DNA of 64,000 nt, from assembly GCA_964016885.1 (NCBI GenBank), contig OZ024754.1:16554001-16618000 (forward strand), read 5' to 3'. The DNA comes from Eledone cirrhosa (Eukaryota). How positions within the stretch are numbered: the first letter of the stretch is position 1; every line of letters begins with the position of its first letter. Positions 49,498-62,107 of this stretch are shown here, in pieces. The translations under genes and the position numbers were made by a program. The notes under the pieces are model-generated. The model saw only the letters and a program-made list of their open reading frames with translations, did no database searches and was not told where the DNA came from.

Positions 49498-49697
49498 TTC
49501 AAATAGGCAGAGTCGTTAGAGCATTGGACAAATGCTTGTCAATATTTATGTCATGCTGAGGTCAACTTTGCCCTTTATCTTTCTGAGGTTGATAAAATAA
49601 AGTACCAGTTAGGTACTGGGAGGTAGGGAGGTGATATAATCGACTTTCCCCTCCTTTCTAAAGTTTACTGGCCTTATGCCAAAATGAGAAACCATTA

Positions 49698-49885
49698 TTG
49701 GCAGTATCGGTAAAGAGTCGGCTGCTATGCTTTGCAGCATAGAGTTACGGCCCTTTATGGTCTGAGTTCAAATCCCGCCAAGGTTAATTTGCCTTTCATC
49801 CTTATGGGGTCGATAAAATAAAGTACCAGTAATGCACTGGGATAATTGCTGGCCTTGTGCCAAAATGAGAAACAATTATTATTAT
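49698..49885 (+). mobile_element. SINE family A
   Basis: Matches the family sequence; appended to the tail of an older copy. Confidence 0.88.
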
Positions 49886-50852
49886 TGTTGTTGTTATCAT
49901 CATTATCATTATTTTCTATTCCTCTATTCCATGTTATCTTTGGGGCTTCCTGTAGATGGTGAGTTCCCTATTTTTATTACTAACTTCTATCCCTTTTCAA
50001 CCATTAAGTTATTGTCCATTTGCTAAAATAACTCTGTCTTGTTTCGCTTTTGTTGTTACTAGATTGTATGTTGTTGTTGGTGTTGTCTTTTTTATTCATT
50101 TATTTATTATCTTATTGTTTTATTCTTGTTTTTATTTCCTTATTAAATTTCCACAATTGTTTCTAGTTTGAGTTTTTTATTGGCCATTATTTCTGAAAAA
50201 AAACATTGGGAAAAATGTAATATATTTTCTAATTGTGCTTGTTTGTGTTTTGTGTGTTGTGTTTTGTGTTTGTTTTACAGAACTCATATACAAACAAGCA
50301 TGCTGTGTTTACTGCTTAACAAGAAACGTCAACAGCAACTAACAAAACTTAATTTGTAACTAAAAAATGTATGTGGTAGGGTGGGGATGTGTTCTTTAAA
50401 TTGTCTTGCATTGAAAACGTTTATGTGCATCTTTATAGAGTGCATGTCTATACAGCACGTGTGCATATCTATACAGTATATCTCTCGACCTTACAGTGTA
50501 TGTATCTCTGTACTACTATTGTTCTAATAAAATGCGCTGTTAATGAGTTTCAATATATTTTGAAAATAATAAAACAAATTTGAAGAATTTAGTAAATTAA
50601 CCTTTTCATTAGTATGCTGATGTTTGGAACATCACTTAACAAAATTTGTTAAATAAAATTATGATGAAATGTCTTAATATATGGACAGTTAGTTATATAT
50701 CAGAGATCAGGGACAATTTCAGACAGGTTCGTATCCAAAGGGTTAATCGAATTTCTATTTTCGGTAGGTTTATTAGCTTACATTCAAAGTTATTAGCAAA
50801 GCCTTATATGTGTGTGCATTTGTGTGTTTTCTCAAAGTGTGTGTGTATATGA

Positions 50853-51070
50853 ATGTATGTATGTATGTATGTATGTATGTATGTATGTATGTATGTATGT
50901 ATGTATGTATGTATGTATGTATGTATGTGTGTATGTATCTATGTATGTGTGTGTGTGTGCATGTATGTATCTATGTATGTATGTATGTAAGTGTGTATGT
51001 ATGTATGTGTATGTATGTGTGTGTGTATGTATCTATGTATGTATGTGTGTGTGTGTGTGTATGTATGTGC
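50853..51070. repeat. (ATGT)n/(GT)n microsatellite
   Basis: Direct reading. Confidence 0.95.
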
Positions 51071-52305
51071 ATTCATAGCCTTATAGCTTACATTAAGGGT
51101 TATCAGCAAAGTCTAATACATATGTACATTTGTGTGTTTGCCCAATGTGTGTGCACTCATAGCCTTAGGACTCTGACCTGAAAATATAAATGTGTGTGGA
51201 GTGTCAATGTATTTGTCTGTTATTTCCACACATTTCCACACATTTCTACACAAAGTTCCGTGCTTCTGTATGAGAAACTTAATTACATATCCTTTTGATA
51301 CACCAAACTTTTAGAATTGGGTTTTGCCTTAAAGCGAGCCAACTTACTGAGATGTTTCTATCTGAGTATAGATCCTTCTGTCAATAAGGAATTACTTTTG
51401 ATTCAACTATGCTGAACATTGTTCAACCATCATATCCTAAGAAAGACTATAATCTCAAATAATTGTTAAAATTCAGTTGAAAGAAAATGAGAGAGCAGGC
51501 CAACATAGCACATGTGATGATAACAATCATCATCATCATTTTCACATCCACTTTTCCATGCGAGTATGGGTTGGACAGGATACTCTGCCTGACGCCAACC
51601 CTTTTGGCTGCCTCTTACAGCATATAAAGATATGGGGTACCTATTCTAAAAACAGGGACACAAACTGGAAGACTCATTGTGAAAACTGATGGACATCGAA
51701 CACACATATGTGGTGATGAAGAGAGATAGACTTTCCTGTTGAGCATCCAGTTGTTTGATCAACTCAACTACCTACTCATTGAATTAGTGTGCAAAGTGGC
51801 TGAGTATTCCACAGACATGTGTACACCCCTAAAGCAATATTGAAGTGGAATCTGTGTGACAGTGTGAGGCTGTTGGGCCCTTGAAATACAAGTACAGTAA
51901 TTCTGTGTTTCAACACAGTTTCCATTTACCTAATTTTACTCATAAGATGTGGGTTGATTCAAAGATATGGTTAAAGTCTTCTCTGCCTATGTACCATGGA
52001 GGAAGACAGAACCTAGACCCTATTATTATGAAACAAACTACTTAACTACTCGGCCATAATGATACAATTACGATGAAAGGATTTTAGATAAATATGAACA
52101 CAGTAAAATGAACAGTTATCATAAAACTAAAGGCAGTTTCTAGCAATTTGGTAGTAAAAGAGTCAAGTTAAGAGCAAGGGGCAGTTTCAGACAGTTTGAT
52201 ATCAAAATAGTTAAACATCTTCTAACAAATAATAGACTTTGTTGCATTCATTTAGTAACAGTTTTTCACCGTCTTCAAATTTTAAATATTCCTTTTCACA
52301 CACAC

Positions 52306-52795
52306 ACCGTATAAACTTGAATTAAGCCGAGGAATATGTGACCAAAAAATCGATGGTAAAATGGAAGGTTTGTAAACACCATCTAAACTGAAGGTTCTCA
52401 AAGTGGGTGCTACTGGCTCCCTGGGGGGCATTGAGAAGGTCCTGTGGGGCAGTAGATATGATATAATATTATATTAAATATCAAATGATACATATATATA
52501 TAAATAAAAAATATATATTTATTTATACAAAGTATATATTATATTATTTACAATTTGTATGTAGGTAGGTCTCTCTGTAAATGGGGGTGGGTGGGGGTGT
52601 TGAGGGTATTACGTGGCCATAAGAGGGGGGGGGGGCGGTGACCTCAAAAGTTTGAGAACCTCTGATCTAAACAATATGCTGATTAGCTGCCTTAATATAT
52701 AAATAGGGTGTGGATTTTTGTCTATTTCTCAGACATAAGATAGGGGTGGGGTCGGCTTATATTCAGATCAGCTTCTATCTAAGTATATACAGTAT
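52306..52795. mobile_element. Tc1/pogo-type MITE hosting the hAT MITE
   Basis: Ends accgtataaacttgaattaagccga ... tcggcttatattc...aagtatatacagta are imperfect inverted repeats of the TACCGTAT type. Confidence 0.55.
52389..52664. mobile_element. hAT (Charlie-like) MITE
   Basis: 8-bp TSD atctaaac at 52381-52388 and 52665-52672. TIRs tgaaggttctcaaagt / agtttgagaacctctg. Confidence 0.85.
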
Positions 52796-53082
52796 ATATA
52801 TGTGGGGTCCGCTTATATTCAGATCAGCTTCTATCTAAGTATATACAGTATATATATGTGGGGTCGGCTTATATTCAGATCAGCTTCTATCTAAGTATAT
52901 ACAGTATATATATGTGGGGTCCGCTTATATTCAGATCAGCTTCTATCTAAGTATATACAGTATATATATGTGGGGTCGGCTTATATTCAGAGCAGCTTCT
53001 ATCTAAGTCTATACAGTATATATATGTGGGGTCGGCTTATATTCAGAGCAGCTTCTATCTAAGTCTATACAGTATATATATG
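52748..53082. repeat. 56-bp tandem repeat x6
   Basis: gcttatattc at 52755, 52811, 52867, 52923, 52979 and 53035. Confidence 0.95.
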
Positions 53083-53380
53083 TATATATCAGTTATATTT
53101 ACTGTATATGAAATATAGTGAAGCAACCATTTTTCATTATCTTTGATATTGCACCATTCTTTGTCTTTCTTTAACCAAATTTATATAAACAAATAATTCA
53201 TTAATGATGCTCGGAATCAATCAATTTTAATTTTTGTTCAGATTGTTTGCTCTTTTTCTCTTTGATCGTAGTAAAAAAGAAGAAGAGATGATGGCTAATT
53301 GTGATTCTTTATAAATATTGATTTCAGTTGATTAAATCTACACCAGTATTTAGCTGGTATTATAGTTTATTAAAAAAGGG

Positions 53381-53560
53381 TGGTAGTATCTGTAGAGGGT
53401 TGGACGCCATGCTTTGACGCATAGAGTTACGGCCCTTGCCATTCTGAGTTCAAATCCTCACCGAGGTTTCTTTGCCTTTCATCCTTACGGGGTCGATAAA
53501 ATAAAGTATCAGTAATACACTGGAATAATTGCTGGCCCTGTGCCAAAAAGTAGAAACAGT
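53381..53560 (+). mobile_element. SINE family A
   Basis: Matches the family sequence. Confidence 0.88.
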
Positions 53561-53841
53561 TATAGTTTATTAATTAATTGAATTATCTCCTGTTTTTCTT
53601 TTTTCAACTCCTGCTTTCCAAGTTACCATGAACATATTGTATTTAATTCATCATCATCAGCATCACCATCACTCCCGTCATCATCACTGTCAGATGAGTT
53701 GTCACATTATGACGTTAGCCAGGTCACATGACCATGTCTTGATCAGACAGACCTGTTTTGGTTTTCTACCTGATAATCTATATTTTGTGAGTTAAATTTG
53801 TAGTTGTGAAATTTCTACCTTCTTTCGGTGGGAAGAGTAAT

Positions 53842-54944
53842 ATCATCATCACCACCACACCACCACACCACCACCACTACCACCACCAGCACCACCGCCA
53901 CCAGCACCACCACCACCACACCACCACCACCACCACCACCACCACCACCACACCACCACCACCACTACACCACCACCGCCACACCACCACCACCACCACC
54001 ACACCACCACCACCACCACACTACCACCACCATACCACCACCACAACCACACCACTACCACCATCACCACCACCACCACCATCACCACCACACCGCCACA
54101 CCACCACACTACCACCACCACCACCATCACACCATCACCACAACCACACCACCATCACACCACAACCACACCACCACCACACCACCACCACCACACCACA
54201 CCGCCACCACACCACCACCACCACCACACCACCACACCACCACCACCACCACCATCACCACCACACCACCACTACCACCACCACACCACCACCACCACCA
54301 CCACACCACAACCACTACCACCACCACAACCACACCACCACCACCACCACCACCACCATCACCACCACACCATCACACCACCACACCACCACACTACCAC
54401 CACCACCACCATCACACCACCACCACAACCACACCACCATCACACCACAACCACACCACCACACCACCACCACCGCACCACACCACCACCACCACCACCA
54501 CAACACCACCACAACACCACCACACCACCACCACCACCACCATCACCACCACACCACACCACCACTACCACCACCACACCACCACCACCACCACCACACC
54601 ACAACCACTACCACCACCACAACCACACCACCACCACCACCACCACCACCATCACCACCATCACCACCACACCACCACACTACCACCACCACCACCATCA
54701 CACCACCACCGCAACCACACCACCATCACACCACAACCACACCACCACCACACCACCACACCACACCACCACCACACCACCACCACCACCACCACCACAC
54801 CACCACAACACCACTACACCACCACCACCACCACCACCATCACCACCACCACTACCACCACCACACCACCACCACCACCACCACACCACAACCACTACCA
54901 CCACCACACCACCACCACCACCACCACCACCACCCCCACCATCA
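53842..54944. repeat. (CAC)n/(CACCA)n low-complexity array
   Basis: Direct reading. Confidence 0.95.
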
Positions 54945-55246
54945 TTGTTTAATGTTTGTTCTCACAACTAGCAAGGGTTGGATGTGTTGTCATATATACT
55001 AGACCCCAGGGTTGGTAGATCTTATGTACTGAGATTACTGGATAACAATCATACAGACTAGGACACTTGCGTTTTGATAAATGTATGGTTAGCATAAGAG
55101 AAACCCTATAGTTTATGTTGATTACTGATACATGAAATTGATTATCAACATATAGTGATCAATTTGATCAGCAACACATCATCTATGGAATAGCCACATG
55201 ACTTAGTAGAAGAATCAATATTCATAGAACTACTTTTAAAATCGAT

Positions 55247-55739
55247 ATCATCATCATCATCATCATCACCGTTTTACGTCCGTTCTTCCACGCTAGCATG
55301 GGTTAGACGGGTTGTCCTGTTGTGGGCAGTGTCTGGTCGGCTGACCATGCCTTGCTCATACAGGAACTGATTTGGCTTGATTTCTACAGCTGGATGCCCT
55401 TCCTAACACCAACCTCATTTACAGTGAGTGCTGGGTGCTTTTTCGTGGCGCCTACACGTCCACTTTACAGTGTGGGCTGGGTGCTTTTTTGCCGTGGCAC
55501 CTCCACGACCACCTTGCGGTGGGGGGTGTGGGGGCATATTGTTTATATGCTTCAGCTTGTACCCATGGGAGGTCGGGTACACTGTATTACTGCGTGATGC
55601 CAGAAGTCACGGTCGTGTGTCATTGCCTTTGAGAGGTGTAATTGGGTAAGGTCGGCTTTTATCACCTCATCCCATGTCATCTTGGGTCTCCCTACTCCGC
55701 GGTTTCTATGAACTTCTAGTGCTCTGCACCTTTTTTTTA
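55247..55739 (-). mobile_element. 5'-truncated RTE LINE 3' end
   Basis: Minus strand KKRCRALEVHRNRGVGRPKMTWDEVIKADL...HDRDFWHHAV, then two ~48-bp UTR modules, ggttggtgttaggaagggcatccagc and a (GAT)n tail. Confidence 0.88.
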
Positions 55740-56139
55740 ATATATATATAGTGAAAGAATGAAGAGTAACACGGTTGGCTGTACAACAAGGGGCTTTCAG
55801 GTATTGACAGGTGAGTCTAGAGGTTGCTAATTGCTTGAAGTTGCGTCACTCGATCTCCATTACATTATTTACCTCTGACCAACTCATCAGAATACAAAAA
55901 TAATAGCGTATAATCGAAACAATAACATCAATAATAAAATATATATGATAAATAGGTAGAGAATTTACAGATGTAAAAAGTAAAAAGTAAAAGATAAGAA
56001 AAAATACAATAAAAAAGTAAGAAAATGGAAAAATATAAAGAAATAAAGAAAAAAGGATAAGTGAGAGCATGTAAGTACAGAATATGATAGTGGTGGTTGG
56101 GAGTAAGTGTTCATATAAGGATTCTGTGGGGGGTTTACT

Positions 56140-56468
56140 TGGCACTACATAGGTTCCACGGCTGGGAGTTCAAGAAAAGGTGGTACGTCCACAGACACTC
56201 CATGAAGAACCGTAGACTGGAGAACTCTACGACGCTCGCAAATAAAATCTGGCAGCTTAAAAACACAAACCAGGAATATAGGATTAGCTGGTCAAAATTA
56301 TTGGTAGCAAAGGCCTACAGCAATGGGATGTCCCACTGCGGACTTTTTAATATGGAGCTATTCCATATTTTAAGGTACGATAAGATGCTGCTTAACAGCA
56401 AAATAGAAAGATCAATTTTCTGTAGGCATAAAATAGCTACTAAGTTCACAAATTTCAAACCACCTTGA
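56140..56468 (+). pseudogene. Penelope-like GIY-YIG endonuclease C-terminal fragment (frameshift after YIGST)
   Basis: HYIGSTA/EFKKRWYVHRHSM...STTLANKIWQLK...ISW...CGLFNME...LLNSKIE..IFCRH; homologous to the 15302-15946 protein. Confidence 0.82.
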
Positions 56469-57091
56469 TTCGAGCCAGCAATCCCAAAATTAGAACTGAA
56501 CCACCTGGATTTTACACACCATCACACCGCTATTAGCTGTCAAATGGCCAACTGGTCACTAGATCATAAATCTCTTAACATCTCTTTCACCCTCTCTCCT
56601 TGAAACCGCATCAACCCCATTAAGACAAAACAATCAGCAAAACATTTACCACACACATTTGTCAAACTTCCCTTCACCACCCACCCTTATCCCTTAGATC
56701 TCATACTAGTATCTCCCAATTAATCTCTAATTTATTGCTTTTTCCTTTATCTGTCACTACATCAGACTTCAGACGCTCTACAGGTATCTATGTATGTTTC
56801 AAATATGACTTTTCATGTTAGCAGTAAACCCACCACAGAATCCTTATAAGGACACTTACTCGCCACCACCACTAGCATACTCTGTACTTACATGCTCTCA
56901 CTTATCCTTATTTATTTATTTATATTTTCCATTTTCTTACCTTTTTATTGTATTTTTTCTGATATTTTACTTTTTACTTTTTACATCTGTAACTTCTTAA
57001 CCTATTTATCATATATATTTTATTATTGATGTTATTGTTTTGATTATACGCTATTTCTCTATATATATCCCGCCTTGAGCGAATTATTTTT

Positions 57092-57197
57092 GTATTCTGA
57101 TGAGTTGGTCAGAGGTAAATAACGTAATGGAGATTGAATGACTTCGAGTGATTAGCGACCTTTAGACTCCCCTGATCAATGAAACAATTGTCAAGAA
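57092..57197 (+). ncRNA. Hammerhead ribozyme motif with a long stem II insert (partly degenerate)
   Basis: gtatt-CTGATGA-gttggtcag...ctgatcaat-GAAA-caattg-TC-aagaa. Palindromic stem III acaattgt. The inverted copy retains tgtc-aatac, which would complete stem I. Confidence 0.7.
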
Positions 57198-57556
57198 ATA
57201 AAGCCCCTTGTTGTACAGCCAACCATGTTGCTCTTCATTCTTTCACTATTATTACTCCAAGTATAACCTACATAGGAATTACCGCGAACTCGCTGCCTAA
57301 CTATGGAGACATCTTGTTGAGTTAAACAAAGCTGTACGTTAAAACTCCCTATGACCCGGAGTACTCACAACCTCTAACTGGATTACCTATAACGATAACT
57401 TGTTACCCCTTATATATATATATATATAAGTACTTTCTCTTCTGTTATGATATGTTTAAGCGCTTTATCTAGAACATCCCTTTCTTTATCACTCTGTCTC
57501 TGTCTTCTCTCCCTCTCTCTCACACTTCTTTTTTTTTCGGGGAAAGAAGGGAGAGA

Positions 57557-57597
57557 GGCTAACAGTCTGTTTCACGCTGTTGGCGATCATCAGAGCC
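57557..57597 (-). ncRNA. Minimal hammerhead ribozyme motif (variant core)
   Basis: ggct-CTGATGA-t cgc caaca gcg t-GAAA-cagactg-TT-agcc. Stems I, II and III all pair. Confidence 0.65.
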
Positions 57598-57706
57598 ACA
57601 CACTCCCTGCTTTCACCGAAAATTATAGAAGCTGGATTCTTATAGAATTCCAGTAATAATCAGGAGCTGATTATATAGAGCGATTGCTGGTCCAGCAAAA
57701 ATAAGG

Positions 57707-57911
57707 TATTAGTATGGTGCTCTGAAATAGCGATGTATACATGAATGTATGTATAGTGTATTTGGCAAAAGAAGTAAGTGACATAGTCACTACTTTAAAA
57801 CCGATAGCGTATGGTTTTCAAAATGTTTTTAATTAAACATACGGAATATTGCCAAATATACTATACATACATTCATGTATATATCGCTATTTCAGAGCAC
57901 CAATCCTAATA
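57707..57911. mobile_element. mariner-like MITE with ~60-bp TIRs
   Basis: tattagtatggtgctctgaaatagcgat...tatttggcaa mirrored by ttgccaaata...atcgctatttcagagcaccaatcctaata. Confidence 0.78.
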
Positions 57912-57988
57912 TATATATATATTGTTATACTTTGGGAGGGTCATGTTGCCAATAAGATAAAGAATCTTGTTAAACAAATTCAGAAACG

Positions 57989-58024
<36 letters not shown>

Positions 58025-58136
58025 TTCTATTTATTTGCCACCAGGGCATATATATATACATAAGTGTGTAACTCATGCTAGCATTGAAAATAGACGTTAA
58101 TCGATGATGATGATGATGACGATGATGATATGAGTG

Positions 58137-58303
58137 TCATCATCATCATCATCATCGTTTAACGTCCATCTTCCACGCTTGCATGGGTTTGGAAGGGAGT
58201 TTTCCCACTTGAGGCAAGATTGGTTGTCCTGCTCGTATAGGACTGTCTGGCGGGTTTTCTACGGCTGGATGCCCTTCCTAACACCAAGCACGTTTACAGT
58301 GTG
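58137..58303 (-). mobile_element. RTE 3'-UTR fragment (same family as 26905-27074)
   Basis: Near-identical reverse complement. Confidence 0.88.
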
Positions 58304-58315
58304 TATATATGAATG

Positions 58316-58348
<33 letters not shown>

Positions 58349-58646
58349 GTGTGTATAGATGTGTGTGTGTATGTATGTGGGTATATATATATATATATGT
58401 ATACGTATGTTCATATACCCGTCATATGTAAACACACACAGCTACATACACATACAAACTCATGCAGACATATACACAGAAACACCTGTCCATATATGTA
58501 CTTACATACAAACAAACCACAGACACATACATTGTTAGTCTTATTTTATTCCCAATTCTTCAAAGAGAGAAGACATAAAAGCAATTTAGATTACTAAATT
58601 GTTTTTATTGAAAATTTCAGGCGAAAATTCAACAATGAAGCAATTG

Positions 58647-58700
<54 letters not shown>

Positions 58701-58708
<8 letters not shown>

Positions 58709-58825
58709 TGAGATTCTACAGGACTAGAACTGTTTCATTCTTTAGAAATCATCAGGAATCTCTGAGATTCCTGATGATTTCTAAAGAATGAAACAATTCT
58801 AGTCCTGTAGAATCTCATCTATATT
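58701..58825. repeat. 125-bp near-perfect palindrome (62-bp arms, 1-nt centre), part of a ~200-bp insert between (TA)n tracts
   Basis: aatatagatgagattc...ggaatctc-t-gagattcc...gaatctcatctatatt, with one mismatch. Confidence 0.95.
58764..58816 (+). ncRNA. Hammerhead ribozyme motif (variant core); mirror copy on the minus strand at 58710-58762
   Basis: gagattc-CTGATGA-t ttc taaa gaa t-GAAA-ca(a/g)ttctagtcctg-TA-gaatctc. 7-bp stem I; stem III acag/ctgt is perfect in the minus copy. Confidence 0.72.
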
Positions 58826-59214
58826 AAAACTTTTATACTCTGCTATGTATTGAGTACCTTACTTACTGTGGTTACCTCCGATTCAACCCGGAATAACGTA
58901 TATATATATATATAATATTATTCAAAATATTAACAAAATCAGAGAGAGGAACAAAAGAGAAAATATATCGTTATCAGGTAGCTAGAAATGAGGTAACGTC
59001 TCTTAATCAACAAATATGCTGAACAGGTGGAAAAGATAATCTCTCTCACTCTTTTGATCTCTCTATACATACATACACACAACACATATATATATACACA
59101 CAAATATATATACATATTGTTGAGTCAAGCAGCCCCGTATGGTAAAACTATCCATAATATGAAGTACTCACAACCTATAGTTGGATTACCTTTAACAAGA
59201 TTTTGTTACCCTTT

Positions 59215-59316
59215 ATATATACATACATACATACATACATACATACACCCAACACAGATCTATATATATATATATATATACACACATATGTATATACACA
59301 CTCTTACAAAATACAC

Positions 59317-59367
<51 letters not shown>

Positions 59368-59491
59368 CATACATACATACACCCAACACAGATATATATA
59401 TATATACACACACATATATATATACACACTCTTACAAAATACACACAAATATATATATATATACGATATTAAACAAATGGAAACTATATTT

Positions 59492-59541
<50 letters not shown>

Positions 59542-59765
59542 TATATATATATACATATATATATACACACACATATATATATACACACTCTTACAAAATA
59601 CACACAAATATATATATATATGTATATATATAAATATTACTTATATATACATACATGCATACATACACCCAACACAGATATATATATATATATACACACA
59701 CATATATATATACACACTCTCACAAAATACACACAAATATATATAAATATATATATAAATATATC
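59215..59765. repeat. Compound microsatellite-based tandem units
   Basis: catacacccaacacagat and cacactcttacaaaatacacacaaat recur 3-4 times between (TA)n/(CA)n runs. Confidence 0.85.
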
Positions 59766-60196
59766 TATAATGTTGTTCAACAGGCATATTGTACTGTACT
59801 GTGTGGCAAAGATTAAATGCATCTCACTAGGAAAGCAACACCTTCAGCACTTAACCAGGAGCTCTCTTTAGCTTGCTATATATAGTGTGGGGATGATATA
59901 GAGAAAACTGTACACACACACATACACAAGTATGCACAGACAAATTTACACCCACATACATACACATATATATATATATACATATATGCATATATACACA
60001 TACATGTATATAGACACACACACATATATATATACACACACATAAATATCTATATACACACACATAAATATCTATATACACACATACATGTACAAATACA
60101 TACTTGTATGCCAACGAAAACACGACCACAACAATATTACTAAACGGACTACAGTCCGTTTAGGATACACAGGCACACACATAAATATATATACAC

Positions 60197-60280
<84 letters not shown>

Positions 60281-60330
60281 GAAAAGTATAGAAATTGTTG
60301 TAGCGAGAAGCTAACAATATTCCATAACAT

Positions 60331-60380
<50 letters not shown>

Positions 60381-60425
60381 CAACCTTGTAAGCAGGGAAG
60401 AGCGGACGTAAAATGATGATGATGA

Positions 60426-61481
<1,056 letters not shown>

Positions 61482-62107
61482 TATATATATATATATACAA
61501 ACACACAGACATGACCTATCCAACCTTTGCTAGCAGGGAAAGCAGCTGTTAAATGATGATAATGATGTTACACACAGACACTGATGATGTTACATGCACA
61601 CACATACACACACATGACTCATCCAACCGTTGCTAGTAGGGAAAGGAGTCAAATGATGATGATGATGATGAGACACACACAAGATTCAGAGAAAATAATA
61701 CTTATAGTGTTAACTACGATGATATTTGATTATGTATCTCAAGTATTTGTCAAGCTTTTAATGAAATTTTATATGAAAAGCACATGCAGAATGCATCAGT
61801 GACTTTTGGCTATCAACCTACCTAGAATGTGTTTTAGTGCAAGTGAAATATATATTGAAACTTAATATAATACACATAGCTTCTATTACCATAGAAATGT
61901 GAAGTGTGATAAGAGTTTACCTTCAGCTATAGGTAGGTGTGAAACAGTGTTTAATCCATTTGATACCAAACTGCCCCTGGTTTAATGAAATACAACTCTC
62001 TATTTTATCTATATCATCACCACATTTCTAATGTAAGCTTGCTTAGGATGATAACATATTTTTAACTAATAATCAAGAGTGATTATTAAATTGGTGTTTT
62101 GGGCATA

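Larger units (their letters stand above)
55749..57410 (+). mobile_element. 5'-truncated Penelope-like element (family 2) with an inverted 5' pseudo-LTR
   Basis: 55749-56139 is an inverted copy of 56823-57250, with an endonuclease remnant between them and (TA)n on both flanks. Confidence 0.88.

Noticed and set aside
53806-55002. His/Pro/Thr-rich ORFs; likewise the poly-Ser ORF at 28489 and the many IY/YI ORFs
   Set aside because: These are translations of (CAC)n, (AGY)n and (TA)n microsatellites.
57600-57670. Second hammerhead upstream of 57597 on the minus strand (ctgatta...gaaa)
   Set aside because: The core is mutated and there is no NUH or stem III.
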